In this document: one piece after another, positions 18,363 to 28,397 of the stretch | Layout: the number at the start of each line of letters is the position of its first letter | Position numbering within the stretch: the stretch's first letter is position 1 | From: a virus | Direction: 5' to 3' (one strand) | Virus genome (UHGV): UHGV-1579991 | DNA: 64,000 nt | Translations under genes and position numbers: made by a program | Notes under the pieces: generated by a model | What the model saw: the letters and a program-made list of their open reading frames with translations, nothing else | The model's database searches: none | Told to the model about the DNA's origin: nothing

Positions 18363-21300
18363 TCAAAAGCCTCGATTCATCAGTTCATCAGCAAGTCGTT
18401 CAAGTTCAGTAGCAGCTTTTTGTCGCTTGGCTTCTCTTTCTGCTTCAACATCTGCTTTGCTTACTGGCGATTCCAAGTCTTTTGCAGGTGCATCTTCAAT
18501 AACAGTCAAATTGTTGTCATCAAACTTGTTGTCAATGTCAACTCGTTTGAATGATATGATGCCTGATGACACCTGAGCTTCTACTTGTTGTTTGTCAAAT
18601 ACAAGACTACTAATCGTTGATTGCAGTTTTGTAGATGCCAGCAATCGTTCTGTGTTATCTGCAAAAATGTCATCAGTAAACAATACATGCAGCATTTGAG
18701 CAATCGAATCACGACTTCTGCTGTAGCCACTGTCAAATGCAGGCAACTGCTTAATTGCATAGATGTCGCCATCATGTACAGTAATTGCATTGAACATGCG
18801 TCTTGCAATTGATGCCACCGAATCAAGTACATCTGGTGATTGCGGCGTGTAGCCTCGTGAATCAAAGTATATGAGTGCAGAGTTCTTAACAATTTGATCG
18901 ACTACTTCTGATGCAATTGAGACTGCATCTTTGCTGTTATTGAAGACATCATTTAGCATATATGACACAATCTTGATGTTCGACTCATGCATTGTGCCAC
19001 TTGAGCCAGCATCAAATATTGACACTGCGTCTTTGATTGATTTGAGTCTTGCAAGTCGATACATGTCTTTGTTATCAATGACATACATATCGATAGTCTT
19101 CATAATTGTGTCGAACAAGTAATGATGCGATAGTGTTCGCAATGCATGTCGCCAATCATCAAATACTCGTCTGTCTTCTACAAGATATGCAAGCTTGCCA
19201 TTTTTCTTGACAAGTTCAAATCTGTCTGATTCTTGAATTTGCTCTGCCGGCAAATTCATGATGACTTCGAATGTAGCCTGATTGACAAATGATGCAAACA
19301 TTTTGCCAATCTTGCTGTTCTTTTCTTGACGGTACTCTGCTCGAGCTTCTTTTGCAGCATTGAGAACTTGAGCAATCATCATGTCATCTGCAACAACATC
19401 TTGCACGACTTTGCATTCATAGCCATACGATGACAATGTGTTCTGAATGATGACAAGCTGAGTAGCCCATTGTCGCCATTTCTGCTCAAACATATTGAGC
19501 TTATACGCAGTCAAGTGAATCTTGATTTCACCTGTGTACGGGTCACGATAAAAGTACGGTGCATTGAATGCCCATTCAAAGAAATCAAAGAGACTTCTTG
19601 AGTCATTGCGCTTTGTCTGCATTTGCAAAATGTCCCAGAATGTCAACTTTTCAACATTTGTTAATGTCAAGTCAAGCTCATCATATGCAGTGATGTTTCG
19701 TGGGTCACCATTCGCTTTTGTCATACTGAAATACACATATGACTGAATGGATATTTTGCGAAGTCGTGAGTTGAACTGCTCAATTTCTTGACCAGTGAAT
19801 GCCTCGTCATAAATGACATCGAATTCGTAGCTGTCATTGATATCAATGCCAACTGACAAGTAATTTGTGCAGAATAGCAGTTCAATATCACCGATTGTGC
19901 CAGATTCATTGATTGATTGAACAAAGTCATGCATTGCATTGTCACGCTTGTAGTACTTGACTTTTGGATTTCTGCCAAGCATCATTCGAACTGCACCAAC
20001 AATTGCATGAGTAAATGCATCGCCTTTGTTTGTTGGGAACAGAATTCGTTTGCCTGCTTTAATTGCTGTTGAGATATGTGATGCAAGTTTTGTAATCTTG
20101 TCGCCGTCATGTTTGCAGCAGACAAATCTGACACCTTTGTTGTAATTAAGTGGCTTATCGCAGAATACGACAGTATCAAAATGACAGAACATGTGTTCAG
20201 CTACAGGTGTGCCTGTCATCAAAATGACTTTTGTCTGTAACTTTGTTAAGTTGTCAATCACATTTGCAGGTACAACATCACGATATGCAGACATTGTCAA
20301 CAAGTGCGACTCGTCGACGACGACGTAGTCATATAAAATTGACACTTCCTCTGGGTCAGCTAATGTAAATTTATCGAATGTCAAAGCTACATTGACATGC
20401 TTAGACAATTCAAGACCACGCTGACCAAATGAGCAATACATGCCAAGGTCTGACATCTCAATCTTTGATTGCAAGATTGATGTGTATGGTTCAATCAGCA
20501 TGACTCGTTTTCCATCACGAGTAAGCTGTTTGATGAATTCTGTCTTGCCTGAACCTGGTCGTGCAATCAAATAGTTGATGCCAGTTACAAATGCTTCTTC
20601 AAGTTCATGCTTGTATGTCGACAAATACTCATTTTCTGCAAGTTTGAAGACATGCGTATGTCGAAGTTCAAAGTCTTTTTGCTGTGCAACTTTCGACATA
20701 ATGTATTGACTGATTGCGTCTTCTGTATTGTGTTCAGCAATCAGTTCATTGACAGTTACAGACGACTTGTTAGCAAACTTGAATTTGAAGCCATGTTTTT
20801 CACGAAGTTCTTTGACAGATGACCATACACATGGACAAGTGCCTGCTGCATTACGTTCAACTGCAGACCTGAATGAGTTTGCCCAGCTGTTATGCTCTGC
20901 ATTGAACTTTGGATTGCCCGAACACATTTGCAAGAACATTTGCAACACATGTTGATATTGTGCAGAAGTCGTTGATTGCAAATCATATAAAAATGCTAAA
21001 GTATATGCAAGTCTGTATCTACCAGTGTTATCGTAGTTTTGTGGAGTGATTGTGAGCATTGTGCCCTCTTCAATCATTGTGATGTCGTCACGTTGAGTAA
21101 AGACTTGCTCGCCGTCAGTCATTGCAGTCATATGAGACTTCGGTGCATAATCAAAACGACCACGAAGTCTATCAAACATTGTCTTCAGTTTGTCGATGCA
21201 GAATTTTGCATCAACTGAAGCATAAATGCTAACATCAAACTCTGGTTGCTCAATGAATTGCGCGTTTTGATTGATGATGACATCTTTATCTCGTGCAACA

Positions 21301-21962
21301 AATAGTGGCTGACTAATTTTGCAAACAGACGCATCAACTACTCGAGATTCAGACATTTGACCTGACTTTTCAAGTCGTCTTGACAATGTATTGTTGACAG
21401 GATGCACTTCTCGAGCCATGTCATGATTGCCCTCTGATTCAAGCTGGTCACTCAGCAACACAAGGCATTTCCAAATGACATACAGTTTTGCCTCATATGC
21501 ATCAAGATATACTTTCTTTGCTGCAGAAGCATTTTCAGATGACACAAATACAGCATCTTCAGTTTGAATTGACAGAGGCTTTGAGATTGTATAGACGTGC
21601 AAGCCTGAACCAGAAGTCGACTTAAGCACAGCAACACACCACGGATATTTGCAAAGCATTGCAGCCAAACGTGGTTTAATGACTTCTACAAGTTCTTTTG
21701 AGTGAAAGTCCAAATCGACTGGCTGTAAGCCTGACCAAGTCAAGTAGTCATGAACTTGTTGTTTTGGTCGAGCAAACATTGTCGATTGCGACACAAAGGG
21801 ACGATGCGCTTTATCTACTGTGTCAAGTGACTCATCATTTGCAACTTTCATGATGAGGTCATACAATGAAATTTGTTGCTTATTGACAGTGTCTTCTGTT
21901 TTACGAACACTGTCGCCCATCATGAACTTTATGCCACTGAGCAAATCTTTGACGTTTGACAT
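18363..21962 (-). CDS. PrimPol-like (archaeo-eukaryotic primase) domain fused to DExH P-loop helicase; putative replicative primase-helicase
   Basis: Start at MSNVKDLL (ATG 21962-21960); AEP-like motifs VDLDFH and SGSGLHVY; Walker A LIARPGSGKTEF; Walker B VVVDESHLL; about 1199 aa. Confidence 0.5.
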   Translation of the reverse strand: MSNVKDLLSGIKFMMGDSVRKTEDTVNKQQISLYDLIMKVANDESLDTVDKAHRPFVSQSTMFARPKQQVHDYLTWSGLQPVDLDFHSKELVEVIKPRLAAMLCKYPWCVAVLKSTSGSGLHVYTISKPLSIQTEDAVFVSSENASAAKKVYLDAYEAKLYVIWKCLVLLSDQLESEGNHDMAREVHPVNNTLSRRLEKSGQMSESRVVDASVCKISQPLFVARDKDVIINQNAQFIEQPEFDVSIYASVDAKFCIDKLKTMFDRLRGRFDYAPKSHMTAMTDGEQVFTQRDDITMIEEGTMLTITPQNYDNTGRYRLAYTLAFLYDLQSTTSAQYQHVLQMFLQMCSGNPKFNAEHNSWANSFRSAVERNAAGTCPCVWSSVKELREKHGFKFKFANKSSVTVNELIAEHNTEDAISQYIMSKVAQQKDFELRHTHVFKLAENEYLSTYKHELEEAFVTGINYLIARPGSGKTEFIKQLTRDGKRVMLIEPYTSILQSKIEMSDLGMYCSFGQRGLELSKHVNVALTFDKFTLADPEEVSILYDYVVVDESHLLTMSAYRDVVPANVIDNLTKLQTKVILMTGTPVAEHMFCHFDTVVFCDKPLNYNKGVRFVCCKHDGDKITKLASHISTAIKAGKRILFPTNKGDAFTHAIVGAVRMMLGRNPKVKYYKRDNAMHDFVQSINESGTIGDIELLFCTNYLSVGIDINDSYEFDVIYDEAFTGQEIEQFNSRLRKISIQSYVYFSMTKANGDPRNITAYDELDLTLTNVEKLTFWDILQMQTKRNDSRSLFDFFEWAFNAPYFYRDPYTGEIKIHLTAYKLNMFEQKWRQWATQLVIIQNTLSSYGYECKVVQDVVADDMMIAQVLNAAKEARAEYRQEKNSKIGKMFASFVNQATFEVIMNLPAEQIQESDRFELVKKNGKLAYLVEDRRVFDDWRHALRTLSHHYLFDTIMKTIDMYVIDNKDMYRLARLKSIKDAVSIFDAGSSGTMHESNIKIVSYMLNDVFNNSKDAVSIASEVVDQIVKNSALIYFDSRGYTPQSPDVLDSVASIARRMFNAITVHDGDIYAIKQLPAFDSGYSRSRDSIAQMLHVLFTDDIFADNTERLLASTKLQSTISSLVFDKQQVEAQVSSGIISFKRVDIDNKFDDNNLTVIEDAPAKDLESPVSKADVEAEREAKRQKAATELERLADELMNRGF

Positions 21963-21974
21963 ATTTTGTTGATG

Positions 21975-22030
21975 CTTTTGTTTGGTCAAAATTATATTGA
22001 ATATGATACAACACTTGTGACATTTTTGCT
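21975..22030 (-). promoter_or_regulatory. Promoter-like motif variant upstream of primase-helicase
   Basis: Minus-strand GCAAAAATGTCACAAGTGTTGTATCATATTCAATATAAT. Confidence 0.4.
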
Positions 22031-22671
22031 TAGAATGCGACACCGACATGTGCGCCAATCATAGCAGCTTTTGAGTCAACTTGCTTCATGCAGCCAGCAT
22101 CAATACCGACACGCCATTGTAAACTACCTTTGCCAAATTGACGAGTGTATGACAGCCAATACATGTCAATTGATTGCTTGTCAAATGTGCCAAATGCATA
22201 ATGAAAGTCTACATTATTTCGTGGCGCATCATGGTCAATGACTTTAATTGTCGTAGTTTGCACTTCACGAATGACTGTGTCTGCTTTGAACATCAAAACG
22301 TCCCAATCACGTTGCTTAATTGCGTTTTGTGTGACATAGTCTTTTATTGCTATTTGCAGTTTGTCTGACTTCAATGTGTCTGCGTACTCATATTGTGCAA
22401 AGTAGTCATTAACATAATGCATAAGCTTTGTTGTGTCAATGTCAACTACAAGAGTCGTGTCACAATACACTGGCACTGGTATTGTCTTGCCAGGTATATG
22501 AACTGTGTCGTGTTTAATGAATGTGTCAACTTTGACAATTGGCTCTGCATTTATAGCATCTTGATATGTTTGCCAGTCTTTTGGGCTGACAAAATGCCAA
22601 TCTTTGAAAATCATGACAGCAGTCAATACAATGACTGCTGTCATGACTATGATTTTGAGTGTCTTCAACAT
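22030..22671 (-). CDS. Signal-peptide protein with C-terminal aromatic beta-strand; possible outer-membrane beta-barrel (Lom/OmpX/Ail-like)
   Basis: N-term MLKTLKIIVMTAVIVLTAVMIF; C-term ...WRVGIDAG...AMIGAHVGVAF ending in Phe. Confidence 0.4.
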   Translation of the reverse strand: MLKTLKIIVMTAVIVLTAVMIFKDWHFVSPKDWQTYQDAINAEPIVKVDTFIKHDTVHIPGKTIPVPVYCDTTLVVDIDTTKLMHYVNDYFAQYEYADTLKSDKLQIAIKDYVTQNAIKQRDWDVLMFKADTVIREVQTTTIKVIDHDAPRNNVDFHYAFGTFDKQSIDMYWLSYTRQFGKGSLQWRVGIDAGCMKQVDSKAAMIGAHVGVAF

Positions 22672-22677
22672 GGTTGC

Positions 22678-24273
22678 TTATGCTTTTGCAGTTACAGATG
22701 ATAAGACAATTCGCTGTAGGAAATTGCCCGTAGTGTCCATGATGTCCCAAGTAGTACTTGAGCCCTCATTGTTTGACAATGTAAATCTGATGTAATTCGA
22801 TGTTCTTGTCAATTCATCGCGAATGATATTGTTGCCTGAACGTGCAATGTAACTACCAAATTTCTGCAATGCAATTTGAGCATTGTCTGTGTCAAGCAAT
22901 GCAATTGATATGTCTACAGAAGAGCCTTTTGGACAGTTAATTGTCTTGACAACGAACAATGATTGAGCATCATCATTTATCACAAGCTTGCTGATAAGCG
23001 TAGGCACTGGTCTGTCAATCTGCAAGACTCTATCTACGCCTGCTTTAGCATTGCCAATGACAGTCTTTTGATTGATAACTTTATGCACAATGTCATATGA
23101 TTCAAATTTGACTTGAGGCTTACGATGCCAGCAAAGCATTGCAATGTCGTCTTCAGACAGAATCAATTGCATTGAACGACTTATACGCACTTGTCCAAGA
23201 GTCGACACGTAATCAAGTACAGCAGTAACATACACAAGAGCCATTTTTGGCTTGTTATCTGGATTGTCATTATCTACAATGATGGGTGACCATTCAACTG
23301 CTTGTGTCGCATTGTCAACATTTGCAAATTGCATATGTCGTATGCTTGAGTCTATGAGAGAGCCTTCTGCATTGTATGCTTGCAAGATGACGTCATATGT
23401 TACATTCGCATCATCAATCAACTCAAGTCTTGAAATCCAATCTGACAATTGCATTGTGCGATGCTTCATCTGCATTTCAATACATGCAGGCGCGTATTCG
23501 GATTCTTGTCTAAGTACTACATCTGCATACAAAGTCTCATCTTCATTGCCGGTCAACAGCAATGCTTGTTTGATTTCTCGAAGAGCAAACTGAGTAAACG
23601 TTCTGACTGCACCAGATACAAGTGACTGCTCAAATGAATAGACTTTGTCATCATATACAAGGCCAATTTCTACATTGATATTTGATTGCAGTGCTCGTCT
23701 TGTAGATGTACCAAACACGAACTCACGAACTTTAGACATTTCGTCACTGTTCATTGAACACAAAAAGTCAATATCAACAATTTTGAATTCAATTTCAGTA
23801 GTGAATTGCTCATTGTCAATGACAACAATTTTGTTCTTGACAGGTGCAAACAATGAACGTGCTTTGATGTCAAGCAATGACATCAAACTGTATTTGACAT
23901 CATCAATGTCAATTGACAGTCTAAGCCAAACGCCAATGACATTTGATGCATAACGAAATCCGCTGACTGCGTATAATCTGCATGTTAGATATTGCAGTTT
24001 GTCAAGCGATGTCGTTTTATATGCTGAATCTGCAAAATTTGCAACAATTGTGTCTGTGTATGAGTCTGGTGTCAGATATGTCGGCACCTGATATGTAGTG
24101 TTTTGTGCAACTGAACTATATTCACGAACATTGTGTGTTTCTGCACCATCGGCATTCAATAAATGCACAACACCACCACTTGCAATCTTATGCAAGGGCA
24201 CATCTGTCATATCATAGACACTTGAATCACCAATCTCAAGGGCAAAATCTTCAGTCAGTCTCAGTCGTTGCAT
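22678..24273 (-). CDS. Hypothetical protein, 531 aa
   Basis: Long ORF; no recognisable motif. Confidence 0.5.
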   Translation of the reverse strand: MQRLRLTEDFALEIGDSSVYDMTDVPLHKIASGGVVHLLNADGAETHNVREYSSVAQNTTYQVPTYLTPDSYTDTIVANFADSAYKTTSLDKLQYLTCRLYAVSGFRYASNVIGVWLRLSIDIDDVKYSLMSLLDIKARSLFAPVKNKIVVIDNEQFTTEIEFKIVDIDFLCSMNSDEMSKVREFVFGTSTRRALQSNINVEIGLVYDDKVYSFEQSLVSGAVRTFTQFALREIKQALLLTGNEDETLYADVVLRQESEYAPACIEMQMKHRTMQLSDWISRLELIDDANVTYDVILQAYNAEGSLIDSSIRHMQFANVDNATQAVEWSPIIVDNDNPDNKPKMALVYVTAVLDYVSTLGQVRISRSMQLILSEDDIAMLCWHRKPQVKFESYDIVHKVINQKTVIGNAKAGVDRVLQIDRPVPTLISKLVINDDAQSLFVVKTINCPKGSSVDISIALLDTDNAQIALQKFGSYIARSGNNIIRDELTRTSNYIRFTLSNNEGSSTTWDIMDTTGNFLQRIVLSSVTAKA

Positions 24274-24339
24274 ATTGTCGAAATCTTGTTTGTGTTATAT
24301 GTACACAAAACTGCACCAGCAAAATTGCTGGTGCAGTCG

Positions 24340-24597
24340 TTAATTGTTGAGATACTGCTGAAGCTCGGCTTCTGTTGCAAGTCTACATTGCTTAATATTG
24401 AACACTGTCATAATATGACAACTCTTGCATTTATGCCAAATTTCAGCAACAGCAGTTTGTGTGTTCTTTGGCAATGAGTGTCTGTACTTGACAATGTCTG
24501 TAGTACCGCAGCATTTACATGTGCCAAGCACTACATACAATTTTGAGTTAGTCGCGCTCAATTGTGACATGTCTAACTTCTGCTTCTTCATAGCCAT
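24340..24597 (-). CDS. Hypothetical small zinc-ribbon-like protein
   Basis: CKCCG ... CKSCH. Confidence 0.35.
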   Translation of the reverse strand: MAMKKQKLDMSQLSATNSKLYVVLGTCKCCGTTDIVKYRHSLPKNTQTAVAEIWHKCKSCHIMTVFNIKQCRLATEAELQQYLNN

Positions 24598-25969
24598 GCT
24601 CTCTTAGCTTTTCAATGAGCGCTTCAACATCTGCTCGATAAGTATCGCGATTGTCGGAACGTTCAACTATTTTGTACTCTTTCTTAAGTTCTACAATCTT
24701 TGCTTTAAGCTTTTTCTGTTCATCTTGAGTCAATCTGCTGACTGCAATTTCAAGAACTTTGTGATTGATTGAATGCTCATCAAGAATAGACTTGACTTGC
24801 TTAGTCGTCATTTTGTGCAGCACAATGACTTCGTCAAGCACAAGTTGAATGAACTTCATGATGTCTTCATACCACTGAATTGTAGTACGAATGTCTTCAA
24901 GTCGTTTTTGCTTGCGAATTTCATAGAATTGCAAACGCCACTCGACAAATCGCATAATGAGTGAACCGACTGTTTTGTATCGACGAATCTTGTCATCGAA
25001 GTCAATGACAGTCAAGTTGTCACGTTCAATTCTGCAGAACATTGCAAGAGTCCAGTATAATGAATCTTTTGCAAGCAACTCAGCAAGTTTTGCTTTCGTA
25101 AACTTTATCTCATACAGAATCTTGTCTTTGTGAGAGTAATTTGTCCATGCTTCAATAATGTCACGGTCAAGCAGCATATTGAGATGGTTTTCATAGCCAT
25201 CGAATGTGTTGTTGTATGGGATTGCAGTTACATTGACTGTAGTGTCATCAACAACTTCCATTCGACCATGATGCTCATATACACCATTGACAAGTCGCCA
25301 TTCTCCTTGCAAGCCTTTGACATATGGCGTAATTTTACGTTCAGAAATATCTTCGCCATCAAGAGCATCAATAACAGCATTGCAAACTTCAATTGGATTA
25401 CGATTGATAATTGTGCTTGAGTAGCCAACCGCAATGCCCATAATTGAATTTAGCAAAATTGTGGGCACAATTGGCAGATAAAATTGCGGCTCAACTTCAA
25501 TGCCCTCTTGCCAACGATTTGTAAGCAACTCATTGTCTTTCATAAGCAACTCAAATGCATCTGACAATCGAACAAAGATGTATCGAGGCGCACCTGCATA
25601 TGGGCTATAGAACGTACCAAACTGGCCTTCACCAATAAAATATGGAATGTTCTGCTTAAAGTCCTGAGACATGATTGTGATATTGCCCTCAAGACTTGTC
25701 TGGCCGTGTTCGTAACCACCCTCTGCTTTTACATAGCCTGCAAATGCACCTACAGTTTGCTTAACGCCACCTTTAAGACGCTTGAGTGCAACATACATGA
25801 TTTTTCGTGCAGTAGGCTTAAAGCCATCACGAACATCAGGTATCGCACGTTCAAATGCTGTGTGTAATGCGTACTCTTTATATCGAGTATTCAAAAATTC
25901 CGCAATGGAAATTTGAATATCTTGTTCTGTCAATGGTTCTGTGTAAACTTCTTGTTTTCGTCGTGCCAT
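24548..25969 (-). CDS. DNA topoisomerase II subunit (GyrA-like, T4 gp52-like)
   Basis: Start at MARRKQEV (ATG 25969-25967); AIPDVRDGFKPTARKIMYVAL resembles GyrA N-terminal box. Confidence 0.75.
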   Translation of the reverse strand: MARRKQEVYTEPLTEQDIQISIAEFLNTRYKEYALHTAFERAIPDVRDGFKPTARKIMYVALKRLKGGVKQTVGAFAGYVKAEGGYEHGQTSLEGNITIMSQDFKQNIPYFIGEGQFGTFYSPYAGAPRYIFVRLSDAFELLMKDNELLTNRWQEGIEVEPQFYLPIVPTILLNSIMGIAVGYSSTIINRNPIEVCNAVIDALDGEDISERKITPYVKGLQGEWRLVNGVYEHHGRMEVVDDTTVNVTAIPYNNTFDGYENHLNMLLDRDIIEAWTNYSHKDKILYEIKFTKAKLAELLAKDSLYWTLAMFCRIERDNLTVIDFDDKIRRYKTVGSLIMRFVEWRLQFYEIRKQKRLEDIRTTIQWYEDIMKFIQLVLDEVIVLHKMTTKQVKSILDEHSINHKVLEIAVSRLTQDEQKKLKAKIVELKKEYKIVERSDNRDTYRADVEALIEKLREHGYEEAEVRHVTIERD

Positions 25970-25989
25970 TGTAGCTAATTTGATTTTAT

Positions 25990-26035
25990 TTCCTATATTA
26001 TTGTACAACGATGTTGTTAGATTTGCATCATTTGA
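25990..26035 (-). promoter_or_regulatory. Promoter-like conserved motif containing TTGTACAA
   Basis: Minus-strand GATGCAAATCTAACAACATCGTTGTACAATAATATAGG, 30 nt before topoisomerase ATG. Confidence 0.5.
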
Positions 26036-26205
26036 ATATCTTCAAATCTGCAAAGCTGCGCAGTAGACTGAATACGGAATACTAAGAATACACCGCAATC
26101 AGTGACACGTTTAACAAGTGCATCTTCATTTGTAGGCGTATACAGTACAACATCCCAAGGTTCGAGTTGTTTTGCTTCTTCTGCTGTCATATTTGTAGTA
26201 ATGTT

Positions 26206-27174
26206 TTAGTCGAGCCAATGCAGCATATTCTCGTCATCAAAACGAGATTCAAGCTCTGCTGTCGTAATGAATGCAAGTTTGTTCAGCATATACTGCTGCA
26301 ATTCACGTTTGCGAATTGATTCAAATCTGACAAATGTTTCAGGCACTTCAAGCTCACCATCAGCATCATATGTTGCAACAGAAGTGTCAACATTGATGTT
26401 GTGAATCTTTTCGCATGACACTCTGTACTTTGTCAAGTCAAAGCCTGGTTTGCCATCATTACGAGGCAACAAACTCCACATAGCAAAGTTTTCTACAGCT
26501 TCAGCAACAAATGCAAGAGCTTCATGCATGTCAACACTGTAGTCTTCTATAAGATTTGCGTATAGTGTAGCTACAATGTTTTGATGTGTCGCAAGGTCAA
26601 GCTTATTGCTAATTGCATGCTCAAAAATGTCTTTGAAGTTCTCATACATAGTAAAGTTCTTCAAGACAAGTCGCTGTAATGCTGTGCGGTCTTCAAGAGC
26701 TGCATATGCAGTGTCATCATGCATTGCAGAAGCCGCTGCTTGCTGAGCATTCAGTACAACTGATACGTCATGAATGACAAATTTTGAGTCAATCAGCACT
26801 GACACTGCAATAAACGGTGCAACAGACTTTGAGTCTTTTTGAGCAAAGTCAATCTCAATGTGAAATGAATTGCCTTGTCGCGATTGCACCGAATGATAAA
26901 TTTCATAGTCATTGACGTACAGCTTAAAGTGCTGCTTAATTGCGTCATTGACTGCATTGATGCCCGCATCATAAATGTTGCCAATCACTTCAAGTGCACG
27001 AGTGTTAAGTGTATGTGCAAGAAATGCTACATTTTGATAGTTGACGAGTTTGTGAGACAAATCAGTCGTGTTGTTAAGTTGTCTCATCAAATCATGCAGT
27101 GCATCATATGACAGTTTGATGTCATCTAACGTGTTGCACTCATGTATTGCGTTAATTTGCTGTGTCAGAGTCAT
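26206..27174 (-). CDS. Hypothetical protein, 322 aa
   Basis: ORF. Confidence 0.5.
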   Translation of the reverse strand: MTLTQQINAIHECNTLDDIKLSYDALHDLMRQLNNTTDLSHKLVNYQNVAFLAHTLNTRALEVIGNIYDAGINAVNDAIKQHFKLYVNDYEIYHSVQSRQGNSFHIEIDFAQKDSKSVAPFIAVSVLIDSKFVIHDVSVVLNAQQAAASAMHDDTAYAALEDRTALQRLVLKNFTMYENFKDIFEHAISNKLDLATHQNIVATLYANLIEDYSVDMHEALAFVAEAVENFAMWSLLPRNDGKPGFDLTKYRVSCEKIHNINVDTSVATYDADGELEVPETFVRFESIRKRELQQYMLNKLAFITTAELESRFDDENMLHWLD

Positions 27175-27418
27175 TTTGTGTATGTTCTTGATTTGCTTGT
27201 TCTGCTAAGTTGTTTATGAATGCTTTGAGCAATTCAATGATTGTTGTTAGTAACTGAATTTGAAACAATACAATGCTAAACATGACAATTGCTACAATGC
27301 AAATTGAAATGAAGAGCATATTGATGTCAAATTTGTTTGCTATCAATGTTTGCAGCCAAGTTATGACTGCAAACATTGAAATCAGTATGAATACTTTGTG
27401 CTGTGATAACGATTTCAT
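27152..27418 (-). CDS. Small membrane protein (two predicted TM helices)
   Basis: FILISMFAVITWL and ISICIVAIVMFSIVLF. Confidence 0.4.
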   Translation of the reverse strand: MKSLSQHKVFILISMFAVITWLQTLIANKFDINMLFISICIVAIVMFSIVLFQIQLLTTIIELLKAFINNLAEQANQEHTQNDSDTAN

Positions 27419-28134
27419 TTGAAATGTGCGGATGTCGGATTAGTGTCGGTCATTCTAATGTGCCAGTCATAAATGAACCATCTTGCGAGGTCATCATTTT
27501 TGATGTTATGAGTTTTGACATACTGTTCAGGGCCTAATGCCTCGCCGGTTTCAGGATTGACTGCGAAGTGGGATTCATCTACATTAGTAGACTTGTTTTT
27601 GATGTTTGAGATTCGGAGCTTTGTATGCAGTTCAGTGCCATCAGATTGCAGTGTTTTGACATAGAATGCAGTTTTTGTCGTTGCTTCATTGTCAAGCCAT
27701 ACACCGAACTTAACTCCGTGCGATTTCCAGTATGCATTGTCAGCATCCCTGATTGCTTTGAAGTTCGGGTCATCAAGCCAAGGCTTGAAGACATATACAG
27801 CATGTTGTTCCTTTCGAGTGATTTCGCCTTTGCCTTCACAAACTGTATGATACAGCCGCATTGCAGTTTCTTCATCGAAATAATAAGTCAGATTGCCTGG
27901 CTTATCGAATGTGCCAAACTGCTGACCATCGATTACGAGAATGAATGTGTAACGTGAATCCTTGAAGAACTCTACTCGTACAGGCTGTTTGTGCTGTCTG
28001 CTGTTAAGCAGTCTGTCAATTGTAATGACTGCCCAGTTGGTGCCTGTCTTTGTTTTGTTGCCGTGAAACAGTTCAGGATATGAAACTGTGTAAGGCAATG
28101 CTTTGTACTTCCAATGTTCATTAAAACTTTTCAT
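27415..28134 (-). CDS. Hypothetical protein, 239 aa
   Basis: ORF preceded by promoter motif. Confidence 0.5.
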   Translation of the reverse strand: MKSFNEHWKYKALPYTVSYPELFHGNKTKTGTNWAVITIDRLLNSRQHKQPVRVEFFKDSRYTFILVIDGQQFGTFDKPGNLTYYFDEETAMRLYHTVCEGKGEITRKEQHAVYVFKPWLDDPNFKAIRDADNAYWKSHGVKFGVWLDNEATTKTAFYVKTLQSDGTELHTKLRISNIKNKSTNVDESHFAVNPETGEALGPEQYVKTHNIKNDDLARWFIYDWHIRMTDTNPTSAHFK

Positions 28135-28202
28135 ATGTAGAGATTTTTGTAGTTTGTATCAATTGCATTCTATATCAATTGCATCTTGTATCAAATACAT
28201 TA

Positions 28203-28250
28203 TATTGATATATGATAATTGTACTACAAAAATCCCAAATTTGCACACTT
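28203..28250 (-). promoter_or_regulatory. Promoter-like conserved motif
   Basis: Minus-strand GTGTGCAAATTTGGGATTTTTGTAGTACAATTATCATATATC. Confidence 0.55.
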
Positions 28251-28291
28251 TGATAATCAAAAGTGCAAACAAAATTCAAAGTTATATTGTA

Positions 28292-28323
28292 CATCATAAA
28301 GTGCAAATTTGCACTTTATGATG
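28292..28323. promoter_or_regulatory. Perfect 32-bp palindrome (putative operator)
   Basis: CATCATAAAGTGCAAATTTGCACTTTATGATG, no spacer, centred on the GTGCAAA/TTTGCAC box. Confidence 0.5.
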
Positions 28324-28349
28324 CTGCAAAATGTTTGCATAAAAAAATA

Positions 28350-28373
28350 AGCAGCTTAGATTGCTAAGCTGCT
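28350..28373 (-). terminator. Rho-independent terminator
   Basis: Stem agcagcttag/ctaagctgct, loop attg, followed on minus strand by T-run. Confidence 0.6.
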
Positions 28374-28397
28374 GTCATTGTATGTATGCAGTCACTG

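Noticed and set aside
18199-18576. Plus-strand ORF 18199-18576 (125 aa) in the intergenic region and primase-helicase 3' end
   Set aside because: Overlaps the end of the long minus-strand gene in antisense and has a low-complexity Ser-rich translation
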